Below, piece by piece: positions 7,969-17,770 of a stretch of DNA of 26,732 bases; position 1 is the stretch's first letter; the number at the start of each line of letters is the position of its first letter. Location: the NCBI GenBank assembly GCA_049288295.1, contig JBAQHL010000039.1, positions 1-26,732 on the forward strand, written 5' to 3'. The stretch is from Desulfobaccales bacterium. Its GTDB lineage: Bacteria > Desulfobacterota > Desulfobaccia > Desulfobaccales > 0-14-0-80-60-11. Made by a program: the position numbers and the translations under genes. The notes below the pieces were generated by a model. It made no database searches. It saw nothing but the letters and a program-made list of their open reading frames with translations, and was not told the DNA's origin.

Positions 7969-8979
7969 TTGAGCAGAGATGGCCCTGAGCCACTACGGAT
8001 GAGCCTTGACCCCGGGCTCTCGCCCGCCTGCCTCGAGGGCAAATTGATTCACCTCACCGGCATGGCCACCACCAAGGAAAATCTTACCGATCCGGATTTC
8101 GGCGTCTCGGCCCAGGCCATCAAATTGGAGCGCCGAACCCAGATGTATCAATGGGAGGAAAATCAGAAGTCCGAAACCGTGAAGAATTTGGGGGGCAGCA
8201 CCACCACCAGGACCACCTATTCCTATGAAAAAGTCTGGTCGGGAAGCCTCATCAAGTCGGGGGATTTTAAAAAGCCGGGGCACAATAATCCTGCCCACAT
8301 GAGCTACCCGTCGAAACAATTTGCGGCTCGCCAGGTTACGGTGGGGGTCTATCAGTTGTCTCCAGGATTAATAAATCAAGTCGGGGGAGCCGAACCCTTT
8401 TCCTTTGAGGGGATGCCGCCTCTGCCTGAAAATCTCTGGGGGAAGGCACAATGGGAGGGCAGTTCCCTGTATATCGGCAAAAATTCCCAGAGCCCCCAGA
8501 TTGGTGATGTCATGGCGGAATTTCAGGTGGTGAAACCTGAGATGGTGAGTATTATTGCCCAAAAGTACCAAAACAACCTGGTGCCCTTTCGGACATCCTC
8601 CGGCAGCAGCCTGGAGATGCTGGAGGACGGCGTCAAGAGCCCCGAGGCCATGTTCCAGCAGGCCCATGAGGAGAACAAAACCCTTACCTGGATTTTGCGC
8701 TTTCTGGGCGCCCTGGTCTTTTTCATCGGCATTTCCTTGATCCTCAAACCGCTGTCAGTGACCTTTGATGTCCTGCCCTTCCTGGGAAATGTGGCGGAAG
8801 CGGGCCTCGGCCTCGTGGCCCTGGTCCTGGCCCTGGGCCTGACCATGATCACGGTGGCCGTGGCCTGGTTTTACTACCGGCCGCTTTTGGCTGTGGCGCT
8901 TATCCTGGGAGCCGTGGCCTTGTTTATGGGTTTCAAAAAACTGCGGAGCCCGGCCCCCGCTCCGGAACCGGCCCGGTAG
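7969..8979 (+). CDS. TMEM43 (DUF1625)-family membrane protein, apparently 5'-truncated
   Basis: EGKLIHLTG, DPDFGV, MYQWEE, YEKVWS, PQIGD and C-terminal TM helices ending AVAWFYYRP; no N-terminal TM segment; start uncertain. Confidence 0.8.
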   Translation: MSRDGPEPLRMSLDPGLSPACLEGKLIHLTGMATTKENLTDPDFGVSAQAIKLERRTQMYQWEENQKSETVKNLGGSTTTRTTYSYEKVWSGSLIKSGDFKKPGHNNPAHMSYPSKQFAARQVTVGVYQLSPGLINQVGGAEPFSFEGMPPLPENLWGKAQWEGSSLYIGKNSQSPQIGDVMAEFQVVKPEMVSIIAQKYQNNLVPFRTSSGSSLEMLEDGVKSPEAMFQQAHEENKTLTWILRFLGALVFFIGISLILKPLSVTFDVLPFLGNVAEAGLGLVALVLALGLTMITVAVAWFYYRPLLAVALILGAVALFMGFKKLRSPAPAPEPAR

Positions 8980-9011
8980 CCTCCAGAATTTCCTGCTGAT
9001 GCTGAAAAATT

Positions 9012-9047
9012 AAGGGCTTTCCTTACGGGGAAAGCCCTCGGTTTTTT
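9012..9047. terminator. Terminator hairpin between convergent genes
   Basis: AGGGCTTTCC/GGAAAGCCCT 10-bp stem, T-run downstream, A-run upstream. Confidence 0.7.
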
Positions 9048-9101
9048 CGGTTAGATAGGCGGTGGGCGGCTTGGGTTTGGTTGCAGGTTCCTCTCTTCTT
9101 C

Positions 9102-9563
9102 TTAAAAAATTCCCAGCAGCATCAAAGAAAGAAAAACCGTGGCGGGATCGCTCAACCCCCCCGCACCCTCGATTTTGCCGATGGTGGCGCCATGGGCATT
9201 GGACAGACTCTCGTTATCCAGTTTGCCGATGAGGGAGCCCTGGGCATTGTATATGGAGCTGCCGTCGACTTTGGCCATAAGGGACCCCGAGGCATTATAA
9301 AGCCTCTGGCCATCAAGCCTGGCTCTCAGAGAACCGCCGCCGCTGTAGTAGGAATCGCCCTCGATTTTCCCGACGGTGGCCCCATGGGCGTTGGAGAGGC
9401 TGCTGCCGTCCGTTTTAAAGACCATGGAGCCGCTTCCCCGGTAAGCCTTGAGGTCGCCGGCCGAAACGGGCTGGGTGAAGCCAAGAACCGTGACCAGCAA
9501 CCCCAAGGCGGCCAGGAACAGCAAGGGGCCCCGCCTAAGCCCTGAAACATGGGTAAATGGCAT
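9102..9563 (-). CDS. Secreted beta-repeat protein (beta-flower-like)
   Basis: Signal-peptide-like N-terminus ending VSA; five ~15-aa repeats of type SIYNAQGSLIGKLDG; AGGAGG SD before ATG 9563 (alternative start 9593). Confidence 0.75.
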   Translation of the reverse strand: MPFTHVSGLRRGPLLFLAALGLLVTVLGFTQPVSAGDLKAYRGSGSMVFKTDGSSLSNAHGATVGKIEGDSYYSGGGSLRARLDGQRLYNASGSLMAKVDGSSIYNAQGSLIGKLDNESLSNAHGATIGKIEGAGGLSDPATVFLSLMLLGIF

Positions 9564-9654
9564 TGCTTGCAAAACCTCCTTGATCTTTTTCATGGTTTTG
9601 GGGGGATTTCCGCACCGAGTAAAGTATCTCGGCCGGAAACGTTTCCCCTCACAA

Positions 9655-10488
9655 TCACTTCACTGCGGCGGCCAGATCCGCAGAGCGCCAGGTGGCCGAT
9701 TCTATGGCGCTGATGACCGCAGCCCGGAAGGCTCCCTGCTCCAGGGCATGGAGGCCGTGACTGGTAGTGCCGCCGGGGGAAGTCACCATGTCCTTGAGGA
9801 GTCCGGGGTGAAGGTTTTTCTCCAGGACGAGGCGGGCGGCGCCGAGGACCGTTTGAGCGGCGAATTCCAAGGCCAGGGTGCGGGGCAGCCCCATTTTCAC
9901 CGCACCGTCGGCCAGGGCTTCCAGGAACACCGCCACAAAGGCCGGACCGCTGCCGCTCAGGGCGGTGATGACGTCCAGATGGGCTTCGTCCACCACTTCG
10001 GCCCGGCCCACGGCCCGGAAAAGGTCCAGGGCCAGGGTCATATCTTCGGGGTTAGCCCGGCTCCCCGGAGAGAGGGCGGTCATGCCGGCCTGCACCATCA
10101 GGGGCGTGTTGGGCATGGCCCGAATCACCCGGCTTTCAGGCAGGGCCGCCTCCAGGACCGCAAGGGGGACGCCCGCGGCAATGGAGATCACCAGGTGCCA
10201 GGGCCGGGCATAGCCCCGGATTTCCTCCAGGACGCCCTTAAGAACCTGGGGCTTCACCGCCAGGACCACCACCCGGGAGTGCATCACTTCGGCGTTGTCC
10301 AGGGCCGCCTCCACCCCAAGTTTCTCCATGGCCTGCTGCCGGCCGGGATCGGGGTCGCAGAACACCAGGTCTGCCGGTTTGAGCCGTTTTGCCGCCAGAA
10401 GTCCCCGAACCAGAGCCTCGCCCATGTTGCCGGCGCCGATGAACCCTAGTTGCGCCACCTTGAGCTGTTCTTCCTGACCTTGAGCCAT
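9655..10488 (-). CDS. proC: Pyrroline-5-carboxylate reductase
   Basis: GFIGAGNMG, LAVKPQ, SIAAG, RAMPNTP, ALSGSGPA, VTSPGGTT; alternative start 10494. Confidence 0.97.
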   Translation of the reverse strand: MAQGQEEQLKVAQLGFIGAGNMGEALVRGLLAAKRLKPADLVFCDPDPGRQQAMEKLGVEAALDNAEVMHSRVVVLAVKPQVLKGVLEEIRGYARPWHLVISIAAGVPLAVLEAALPESRVIRAMPNTPLMVQAGMTALSPGSRANPEDMTLALDLFRAVGRAEVVDEAHLDVITALSGSGPAFVAVFLEALADGAVKMGLPRTLALEFAAQTVLGAARLVLEKNLHPGLLKDMVTSPGGTTSHGLHALEQGAFRAAVISAIESATWRSADLAAAVK

Positions 10489-10735
10489 TGACATCCACTC
10501 CTAAACGAGTGATAGTTGAGTGGCCTTATTGTGGCATATTTCCGCCTCCAGGCTCAAGCGGTTCTATGAGGTGTTTGCAAAACGGGCTCTTGTTATATTC
10601 ATTTACAGGGTGAAGTTTCTGATTAGTTACCGAATTTACCCATGGTGCACATGTTTTCCAGCCTGTGACTGAGCGGGATAGCACCTGCGGCTGCCTCGAC
10701 TGCCCGATTAAAGATGACGGGGAGAACGTTTTGTA

Positions 10736-11773
10736 ATGACTTCTCGTAAACCAACGAACATCAACCCTGATCCACGACCTCTTTTAGCCCTGACCATGGG
10801 GGATCCGGCGGGAGTAGGACCGGAAATCATGGTCATGGCCCTGGCGGATCCTGCGGTCTACCAGACCTGCCGCCCCCTGGTCCTGGGGGATTTGCCTTCA
10901 ATGGAGCGAGCCTGCCGGGAGCTAACTCCCGAGTTGACCCTTAACCTTGTGCAGGACCCCTCCCAGGGCCGCTACCAGGCCGGCGTCATCGACCTGTTGG
11001 TCTTGTCGCATTTATCTGCCGCAGATTTGAACCACAGCCATCCCAGCGCCGCCGGCGGCCGGGCCATGGTCTCCTATATTTTGGCCGCCATAGAGATGGC
11101 CCAGAATAACGAAGTGGCGGGGATGGTCACCGGGCCCATCAGCAAAGCCGCCCTGAACCTGGCGGGTTACCGCTACCCGGGTCATACGGAGCTTCTGGCG
11201 GATAAGACCGGCGCCGCTGAGGTGGCCATGATGCTGGCGGGAGGGAAATTCCGGGTGGTGTTGGCCACCATTCACGTGGCCCTCTCGGATGTGCCCGATT
11301 TGCTGAAAATAGAGGGCCTGCTCCGTCTTTTCAGTCTCACCTGCCGCGCCCTCAAGAATGACTTTGGCATCCCCGAGCCCCGCCTGGGGGTGGCGGCCCT
11401 CAACCCCCACGCCAGTGAAGGGGGGCTCTTCGGGGATGAGGAAATGGAAATTATCATTCCCGCGGTCCTGGAGGCCCGGGGCCGGGGTTTGCCGGTGAGC
11501 GGCCCCTTCCCCGCCGACACCCTGTTCTGGCGCCATGCCCAGGGGGAGTTCGACGCCATCTGCGCCATGTATCACGACCAGGGCCTCATTCCTCTGAAAC
11601 TGTTGCATTTCATGGATGCAGTCAATGTCACCCTGGGCCTGCCCATCATTCGCACCAGTGTGGACCACGGCACGGCCTATGACCTGGCAGGCACGGGCCA
11701 GGCCCATCCGGGGAGCCTCAAGGCCGCCATCACCATGGCTGTGGAGATGGCCGAGCGGCGGCAAAAGGCCTGA
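10736..11773 (+). CDS. pdxA: 4-hydroxythreonine-4-phosphate dehydrogenase
   Basis: TMGDPAGVGPE, GHTE, LNPHA, AMYHDQGLIPLK, RTSVDHGTAYD. Confidence 0.95.
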   Translation: MTSRKPTNINPDPRPLLALTMGDPAGVGPEIMVMALADPAVYQTCRPLVLGDLPSMERACRELTPELTLNLVQDPSQGRYQAGVIDLLVLSHLSAADLNHSHPSAAGGRAMVSYILAAIEMAQNNEVAGMVTGPISKAALNLAGYRYPGHTELLADKTGAAEVAMMLAGGKFRVVLATIHVALSDVPDLLKIEGLLRLFSLTCRALKNDFGIPEPRLGVAALNPHASEGGLFGDEEMEIIIPAVLEARGRGLPVSGPFPADTLFWRHAQGEFDAICAMYHDQGLIPLKLLHFMDAVNVTLGLPIIRTSVDHGTAYDLAGTGQAHPGSLKAAITMAVEMAERRQKA

Positions 11774-11889
11774 TAGTCAAATAAAACCAATTGATTATGC
11801 CTTTTGTGCCACAAAAGAGCATAATTGATTATTGTCGGGGTAGGGCAGGGACCCAAGCTCCCTGGTACTCACCCTCATTTCCCCAAAAA

Positions 11890-11918
11890 TTGCCACTTCC
11901 CAGTTTTCGGGCTATAAT
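11890..11918 (+). promoter_or_regulatory. sigma70 promoter for guaA
   Basis: TTGCCA-N17-TATAAT. Confidence 0.65.
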
Positions 11919-12067
11919 GAAGGCAATTTCAGGCAGTTTGCCTGCTAGGTCTCGGTGGTGGGTTCTGTCGTCTTGGTCAAATATCAATAGAACGGCGCAC
12001 GTTAACATTTTTCATAACTAAGGGTCATTGCTTAAGAATCCCGAAATAGACAGGGTGCCCCCAAAAA

Positions 12068-13615
12068 ATGCGCGATCCCCATCAGGAAAAAATTCTTATC
12101 CTGGACTTCGGTTCCCAGTACACCCAGCTTATCGCCCGCCGAGTCCGTGAACTCAAGGTCTATTGCGAGATTCATCCCTTTCTCATGCCCCTGGAGGAAA
12201 TCAGCCGGTTTGCGCCCCAGGGCATCATCCTGTCCGGCGGTCCCCGGAGCGTCTATGAGCCGGATGCCCCGAGCCTGGACCCTAAGGTCCTGGAATTGGG
12301 GGTGCCGGTCCTGGGCATCTGCTACGGCATCCAATTGTTGAGCCACCTTCTCGGGGGGAAAGTTGAGCCGGCGGCACACCGGGAATACGGCCGCAAAACC
12401 TTTACTATCCAAGACACCTCCGATCTCTTTCACGGGCTGTCGTCCCAGGAAACCGTGTGGATGAGCCATGGGGACCGGGTGGAAACCGTGCCTCCGGGCT
12501 TTGACCTCATCGGCGGCAGCGACACCAGTCCCGTGGGGGCCGTGCGCCATAGGGCACGGCGCCTGTACGGCGTCCAGTTTCATCCCGAAGTGCAGCACAC
12601 CCCTAAGGGCAAAAAGGTTCTCAAAAATTTTCTTTTCCGGATTTGCGGTTTGAAGGGCCTGTGGACCATGCGCTCCTTCATCGAGTCCACCACCAGGACC
12701 ATCCGCCAGCAGGTCGGCGAAGAACAAGTCATTTGCGCCCTGTCCGGCGGGGTGGATTCGTCGGTGACCGCGGTTTTGCTCCACCAGGCCGTGGGCGACC
12801 GCCTCACCTGCATCTTTGTGAACAACGGCCTGCTGCGCAAAGACGAAGCCGAGGAAGTGGTGCACCTGTTTCGGGACCACAAGCATCTGAACCTGGTCTA
12901 CGTGGACGCCACCCCGGAATTTTTGCAGCTCCTCAAGGGTGTCACTGACCCCGAGGAAAAGCGCATACGCATCGGCCACGAGTTCATCCGTCAATTCGTC
13001 CAGGCCGCAGACAGGATCGGCAACGTCAATTACCTGGCCCAGGGGACCCTGTACCCCGACGTCATCGAGAGCGTTTCTTTCAAGGGGCCTTCCGCCACCA
13101 TCAAAACGCACCACAACGTGGGGGGCTTACCTGAAGTCATGCCTCTGAGGCTCCTGGAGCCCCTGCGGGAATTGTTCAAAGACGAGGTGCGGCAAGTGGG
13201 GAAAGAACTGGGCCTGCCTGACAGCCTCATCTGGCGCCACCCCTTCCCGGGGCCGGGCCTGGCCATCCGCATCCTGGGGGAGGTGACTCCGGAGCGCCTG
13301 GCGGTGCTGCGGGAGGCCGACGCCATCGTCATGGAGGAAATGGTCAAGTCCGGCTTCTACCGCCAGGTGTGGCAGGCCTTTGCGGTGCTTTTGCCGGTGC
13401 GCACCGTGGGGGTCATGGGGGACGAGCGCACCTATGAAAACGTGGTGGCGCTCAGGGTGGTGGACTCGGTGGACGCCATGACCGCAGACTGGACGAGACT
13501 CCCCCATGATTTTCTGGCGCACCTCAGCAACCGCCTCATCAACGAGGTCAAGGGCGTCAACCGGGTGGTGCTGGATATATCGAGTAAGCCGCCGGCGACC
13601 ATTGAGTGGGAGTAG
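12068..13615 (+). CDS. guaA: GMP synthase (glutamine-hydrolysing)
   Basis: [52 protein letters not shown]. Confidence 0.99.
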   Translation: MRDPHQEKILILDFGSQYTQLIARRVRELKVYCEIHPFLMPLEEISRFAPQGIILSGGPRSVYEPDAPSLDPKVLELGVPVLGICYGIQLLSHLLGGKVEPAAHREYGRKTFTIQDTSDLFHGLSSQETVWMSHGDRVETVPPGFDLIGGSDTSPVGAVRHRARRLYGVQFHPEVQHTPKGKKVLKNFLFRICGLKGLWTMRSFIESTTRTIRQQVGEEQVICALSGGVDSSVTAVLLHQAVGDRLTCIFVNNGLLRKDEAEEVVHLFRDHKHLNLVYVDATPEFLQLLKGVTDPEEKRIRIGHEFIRQFVQAADRIGNVNYLAQGTLYPDVIESVSFKGPSATIKTHHNVGGLPEVMPLRLLEPLRELFKDEVRQVGKELGLPDSLIWRHPFPGPGLAIRILGEVTPERLAVLREADAIVMEEMVKSGFYRQVWQAFAVLLPVRTVGVMGDERTYENVVALRVVDSVDAMTADWTRLPHDFLAHLSNRLINEVKGVNRVVLDISSKPPATIEWE

Positions 13616-13620
13616 AAGAG

Positions 13621-13683
13621 CTATAAGCCATAAGCATTAAGCATTAAGCATTAAGCATTAAGCATTAAGCATTAAGCTAAAAG
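13621..13683. repeat. Heptamer tandem array, CATTAAG x6 plus 3 variant units
   Basis: Read directly from the sequence. Confidence 0.95.
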
Positions 13684-13701
13684 CTATGATGTGCAAAATA
13701 T

Positions 13702-14068
13702 GGGGCGTGTCTTACGCGCCAATCAATAGTACATATTGAAATTTTTGGTGCGTAAGACGCACCCTGATACAAGAACTTGGAAATGGAGAGGAACCGCCGG
13801 CATCGGGCGTTTCCATCGCCGGCGAGGGCGCCGGCGCTACATTATGGCTTGTTAATGTTTTCTCGTTCACAAGTTGCACTACGGAATGAAGTTTTGTTCC
13901 AAGCTCAGCTTGGCTTGTAAAAAGGCGTTCCCAAGCACAGCTTGGGAACAAGGGGAAAAAATTCAGTCGCAAGCTTTGGTTTGCGCTGGGGCATGGCAAG
14001 CCATGCTACGGTTGTTTATCGTAAGGCTTCGATTTGTTACAAGAACACAGGCTGAAGCCTGCGGCTAC
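13702..14068. repeat. Cluster of distinct REP-like palindromes
   Basis: Inverted pair 13702-13765 (GGTGCGTAAGACGCACC); GCCGGCGAGGGCGCCGGCGCTAC ending 13840; GTTCCCAAGCACAGCTTGGGAAC at ~13927-13949; ACAGGCTGAAGCCTGCGGCTAC 14047-14068. Confidence 0.7.
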
Positions 14069-14087
14069 AATTAAAGAACATAAAACG

Positions 14088-14178
14088 CTGATAGCCCAAA
14101 GCCCAAAGCCCAAAGCCCAAAGCCCAAAGCCCAAAGCCCACAACTCATAGCTTAAGGCTTACAGCTTAAAGCTTATAG
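14088..14178. repeat. Heptamer tandem array, CCCAAAG x6 plus 7 variant units
   Basis: Read directly; terminal units are reverse-complementary to the left array. Confidence 0.95.
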
Positions 14179-14198
14179 CCTAATATCAAGGCCAATAA

Positions 14199-15311
14199 AT
14201 GAATAAAGAACCTGCAACCCAAGACCACCCCCAACCCACCCCCCGCTTCTTCCGGGACATCCTGGGGCAGGAGCGGGCCCTGGGGTACCTCAGGGCTGCT
14301 CTCGGCCGGGGGCGGTTGGCCCATGCTTATCTGTTTTTAGGGCCGGCAGGGGTAGGAAAAGAGTCCGTGGCCCGGGCCCTGGCCTCTGCCTTGAACTGCG
14401 CCGAACCTCAGGAGGATGGAGATGCCTGCGGCTCTTGCCCCTCTTGCAAACGCCTGGCCGGGGGGACGCATCCGGACTTTCACCTCATTTACCCCACCTC
14501 CAAGGGACGCACCCCCGAGATAAAAATCGAGCAGATCCGGGAGTTCCGCCGCGTCACCGCCTATGCGCCGGTGGCCGGGGGCTGGCGGGTGGCCCTGATC
14601 AAACCGGCCGAGGCCCTCACGGGTGAAGCGGCCAATGCCTTGCTCAAAACCCTGGAGGAACCGCCCTCCCAGCATCTCCTCATCCTCACCGCCGGGGTGG
14701 AGGCGGACCTTTTTCCTACGGTGGTCTCCCGCTGCCAGAAGTTGGCCTTTACGCCCTTGCCCTACCCCCTTATCTCCCAGGAATTAATGCACCGGGGCCT
14801 CAGCGCCTCCCAGGCGTCTCTTTTAGCAGCCCTAAGCGGCGGTTCCCTGGGACGGGCCCTGGCCCAGGAACCCGAAGACCTGCTCCGGCAGCGCCAGCAG
14901 GTGCTCACGGACCTTAAAACCCTCACCCGGGGGAACGCCACCACTGCCCTTGATTGGGCCCAGGAGCTGGCCAGGAAAGAAAAAAAAGACAGCGAAGAGG
15001 AAGAGAAGAAGGAGGGGGAAGGGGCAGGCAAGGGGAAGGGGAAAGCAAAGAAAAAGAGCGAGGAGACCGACACCTTTATCCTATTTACCCAACTCTGGTA
15101 CCGGGATCTGCTGTTGCTCTCCCACAGGGCCCCGGAGAGGCTGCTGGCCCACCAGGACCGTCTTTCAGACCTCCAGGCCGAGGCCGCCCTGAACCAGAGG
15201 GACCGCTGGCTGGCCAAATTAGCCGCGCTTAATGAAGCCCAGCGCTTTCTCAGGGCCAATCTCAATCCGGAACTGACCCTGGACCTCCTGGGTCTTAGGC
15301 TGCAGAAATAA
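14199..15311 (+). CDS. holB: DNA polymerase III subunit delta'
   Basis: HAYLFLGPAGVGK, ACGSCPSC Zn site, THPD, AANALLKTLEEPP, SRC; adjacent to PSP1/RicT. Confidence 0.93.
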   Translation: MNKEPATQDHPQPTPRFFRDILGQERALGYLRAALGRGRLAHAYLFLGPAGVGKESVARALASALNCAEPQEDGDACGSCPSCKRLAGGTHPDFHLIYPTSKGRTPEIKIEQIREFRRVTAYAPVAGGWRVALIKPAEALTGEAANALLKTLEEPPSQHLLILTAGVEADLFPTVVSRCQKLAFTPLPYPLISQELMHRGLSASQASLLAALSGGSLGRALAQEPEDLLRQRQQVLTDLKTLTRGNATTALDWAQELARKEKKDSEEEEKKEGEGAGKGKGKAKKKSEETDTFILFTQLWYRDLLLLSHRAPERLLAHQDRLSDLQAEAALNQRDRWLAKLAALNEAQRFLRANLNPELTLDLLGLRLQK

Positions 15312-15320
15312 GAGTATCCC

Positions 15321-16154
15321 ATGAATTTTCTTAAAATCCGCCTTGCCGGCGAAACCAAGTGCTGCTCCGCCATTACCGAGGATCAGGAAATCAACCGGGG
15401 TGACCGCCTGGTGGTGCGGGCCGAGGACACCCTGGCCCTGGGCACGGTGGTCTGTGTATATCCCGATATTGATCCGGAGCTGGTGGCCGGCAAATTGTCC
15501 ACCAGTATTGAACGGCCGGCCACTCCTGATGATTTGGCCCAGGAGGAAAAAAACCACCTCCTGGAGAAGCGGGCCTTAGACTTTTGCCAGCAGCGCATCG
15601 ACGCCCGCCAGCTCCCTATTCACCTGGTGCGGGTGGAATGCCTTTTTGATGCCAGTAAAATCATTTTTTATTTCACGGCGCCGGGCCGGGTGGATTTTCG
15701 CGAACTGGTCAAAGACCTGGTCCAGGAGTTTCGCACCCGCATTGAACTCCGCCAGATCGGGGTGCGCCACCGGGCCAAGATGGTGGGCGGCCTGGGGGTT
15801 TGCGGTTCCGAGTTATGCTGCGCCTCCTTTCTCAAGGATTTTGAGCCCGTCAGCGTCCGCATGGCCAAAGAGCAGCAACTCAGCCTTAATCCCAGCAAAA
15901 TCAGCGGGGTCTGCGGCCGCCTGATGTGCTGCCTCACCTACGAGCACCCCATTTACCAGGAACTGCGCCGGCACCTGCCCCGCCTGGGGAAAAGGGTGAA
16001 GATCCCGGAAGGGGAAGGCAAGATCATCCGCTACAACCTGATTCGGCAAACCGTCACCCTGGAAATGGAGGAGGGTCAGGAAATGGAGCTGTCCCTCTCC
16101 AAACTGCCCATGTCCCCCACTTCCAAGGAGGCTGAAGAAGCCCAGGATGACTAG
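15321..16154 (+). CDS. ricT: PSP1-domain protein RicT/YaaT
   Basis: FYFTAPGRVDFRELVKDL, RIELRQIGVR, CGSELCC, KISGVCGRLMCCL. Confidence 0.93.
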   Translation: MNFLKIRLAGETKCCSAITEDQEINRGDRLVVRAEDTLALGTVVCVYPDIDPELVAGKLSTSIERPATPDDLAQEEKNHLLEKRALDFCQQRIDARQLPIHLVRVECLFDASKIIFYFTAPGRVDFRELVKDLVQEFRTRIELRQIGVRHRAKMVGGLGVCGSELCCASFLKDFEPVSVRMAKEQQLSLNPSKISGVCGRLMCCLTYEHPIYQELRRHLPRLGKRVKIPEGEGKIIRYNLIRQTVTLEMEEGQEMELSLSKLPMSPTSKEAEEAQDD

Positions 16155-16162
16155 GAAATCTT

Positions 16163-16846
16163 ATGGACACCATGGATAAGGCCCTGGAGGCCCTCAGGAT
16201 CCAGATAAAAAAAGAGATTATCGACAATTACTTTGCCGAGCGCTGCCAGATAGATGAAGACACCCAGATCCTGGAAAACGAGGTGGCGGCCTACCGCCAG
16301 GACTACTCCCGGTTATCCGCCCTGTTTCTGGCCTTTTACGCGGCTTTGGGCCAGGAACCCGCCATAGATCGGGTCATGCAGATATTATCCCTGGCGGACT
16401 GGCCGTTTTATGAGGATTTTCGCCAATTGCCGCCGGCAGCCCGGCAAGACCTCCTTAAGAAATACCGCCGCCGGGGTTTTACGGCCTGGGGCCGCTACCT
16501 GCACCTGGTCACCGACATTTACCGGGACCTGGCTGCCAAATCCCGGCCCCTCCAGGAACAGTATGTCAAGGTGGCGGCTCACCAGCGCCTCCTCAATGAG
16601 GACATTCAAAAATTCAATGAGTCTTATGACTTCGGCCTCATCGCCGCCCAGGTGGAAGCCATGGAGGGGGGCGGGGAGCCCATCTGCGGGGGCCTGATGT
16701 GCGGGGAACGGGAGGAACTTTCCAGCCGCATGCGTTTTAAACAAAAAAAGTTGACGGCTGAGGAACTGCCTCCTCCTCCGGTGCTGCCTCCGTGGGATGC
16801 AGTCAAAGGCCAGATCAAGGCAACCCTGAGGGCCTGGGCCCCCTGA
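16163..16846 (+). CDS. Hypothetical helical/coiled-coil protein (227 aa)
   Basis: 8 nt downstream of ricT on the same strand; coding-like codon use. Confidence 0.8.
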   Translation: MDTMDKALEALRIQIKKEIIDNYFAERCQIDEDTQILENEVAAYRQDYSRLSALFLAFYAALGQEPAIDRVMQILSLADWPFYEDFRQLPPAARQDLLKKYRRRGFTAWGRYLHLVTDIYRDLAAKSRPLQEQYVKVAAHQRLLNEDIQKFNESYDFGLIAAQVEAMEGGGEPICGGLMCGEREELSSRMRFKQKKLTAEELPPPPVLPPWDAVKGQIKATLRAWAP

Positions 16847-16886
16847 CCGGAGCCGCCCCGAACCCGTGCTCAAAGGCAAAGCCGCC

Positions 16887-17552
16887 ATGAATACCTTTCT
16901 TCGCATCTTCCTGTTGGCTCTTTTGGGCGTCGCCGCCTTCGGATGCGCTTCACCCCGAACCTATCAGGTGCAGGTGAACGGCTACACCGACAGCACCGCG
17001 CCCTTGCTCGTTCCAGGAGCCTCAATCTTTGTCCTGGAGGACCCGAAGGCCCAAAATCCCCTCCTCGAAAAAGAGGTTAAAAACAAAATCGACAGCCTCC
17101 TGGTCAAGCATGGGTATCTCCTGGCGCCCCGCGAACAAGCCAAATATTTTCTCCAGTTCAGCTATGGCATGGGAGCCCCGCAAACCTTGGCGGTCACTAC
17201 CCCCAGTTGGGAGATTGGCGTGGGCTTCGGGACCGGAGGTTGGGGTCCGGGAGTGGGGTGGGGGACTTACTGGCCCGGCTGCGGCCCCTATTACACGGAA
17301 ACCCAAGCATTGTATGACCGTTGGCTCCGCCTGAACGTGGTGGAGGCCAAACCTTACCGGGAAAGCGGCCAATCCCGCAGCGTCTGGGTGGGAGAGGCCC
17401 GCAGCGCCGGCTCCTCCTCCGACTTGCGGGAAGTCCTGAATTCCTTGCTCATCGCGGCTTTTGAGCAGCTGGGCCGCAACACCGGCAAAGCCCTGCCGGT
17501 GGCCATCAAGGGAAATGATCCCCGGTTTACGGAGTTGGAAAGGGTGCACTAA
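16887..17552 (+). CDS. Lipoprotein, DUF4136-like
   Basis: Lipobox AFGC after a hydrophobic signal; Gly/Trp-rich loop; VWVGEA motif. Confidence 0.8.
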   Translation: MNTFLRIFLLALLGVAAFGCASPRTYQVQVNGYTDSTAPLLVPGASIFVLEDPKAQNPLLEKEVKNKIDSLLVKHGYLLAPREQAKYFLQFSYGMGAPQTLAVTTPSWEIGVGFGTGGWGPGVGWGTYWPGCGPYYTETQALYDRWLRLNVVEAKPYRESGQSRSVWVGEARSAGSSSDLREVLNSLLIAAFEQLGRNTGKALPVAIKGNDPRFTELERVH

Positions 17553-17571
17553 TGGTTAGTTTTTTGGTTAA

Positions 17572-17665
17572 CGAAGGGGGACTAAATTCCTTTTTTGAAA
17601 AGGGGGACTTGGGTTTGCTGATTTTTTTAACCCCCCTTTTCTAAAAGGGGGGCAGGGGGGATTTG
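17572..17665. repeat. REP-like poly-C/poly-G palindromes
   Basis: CCCCCCTTTTCTAAAAGGGGGG at 17631-17652 plus a degenerate copy near 17588-17606. Confidence 0.6.
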
Positions 17666-17770
17666 GTAACTCCCGAAACAGGGCAGATCTACCAACCCTG
17701 GCGATGCAGCCTAAGCATGGAAAAAGAAATTCCTTCACCACCCAACATTACTTCTATGAAAGCAACTTTC

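Noticed and set aside
9448..10449. 333-aa plus-strand ORF, and similar long antisense ORFs such as 12032-13114 and 4205-4981
   Set aside because: Antisense shadows of proC, guaA and pabB caused by high GC codon bias; no motifs
11931..11946. Possible sigma54 element AGGCAGTTTGCCTGCT before guaA
   Set aside because: Weak match; a near-consensus sigma70 promoter just upstream explains expression
13621..14178. CRISPR array
   Set aside because: Units are contiguous 7-mers without unique spacers, and no cas genes are present
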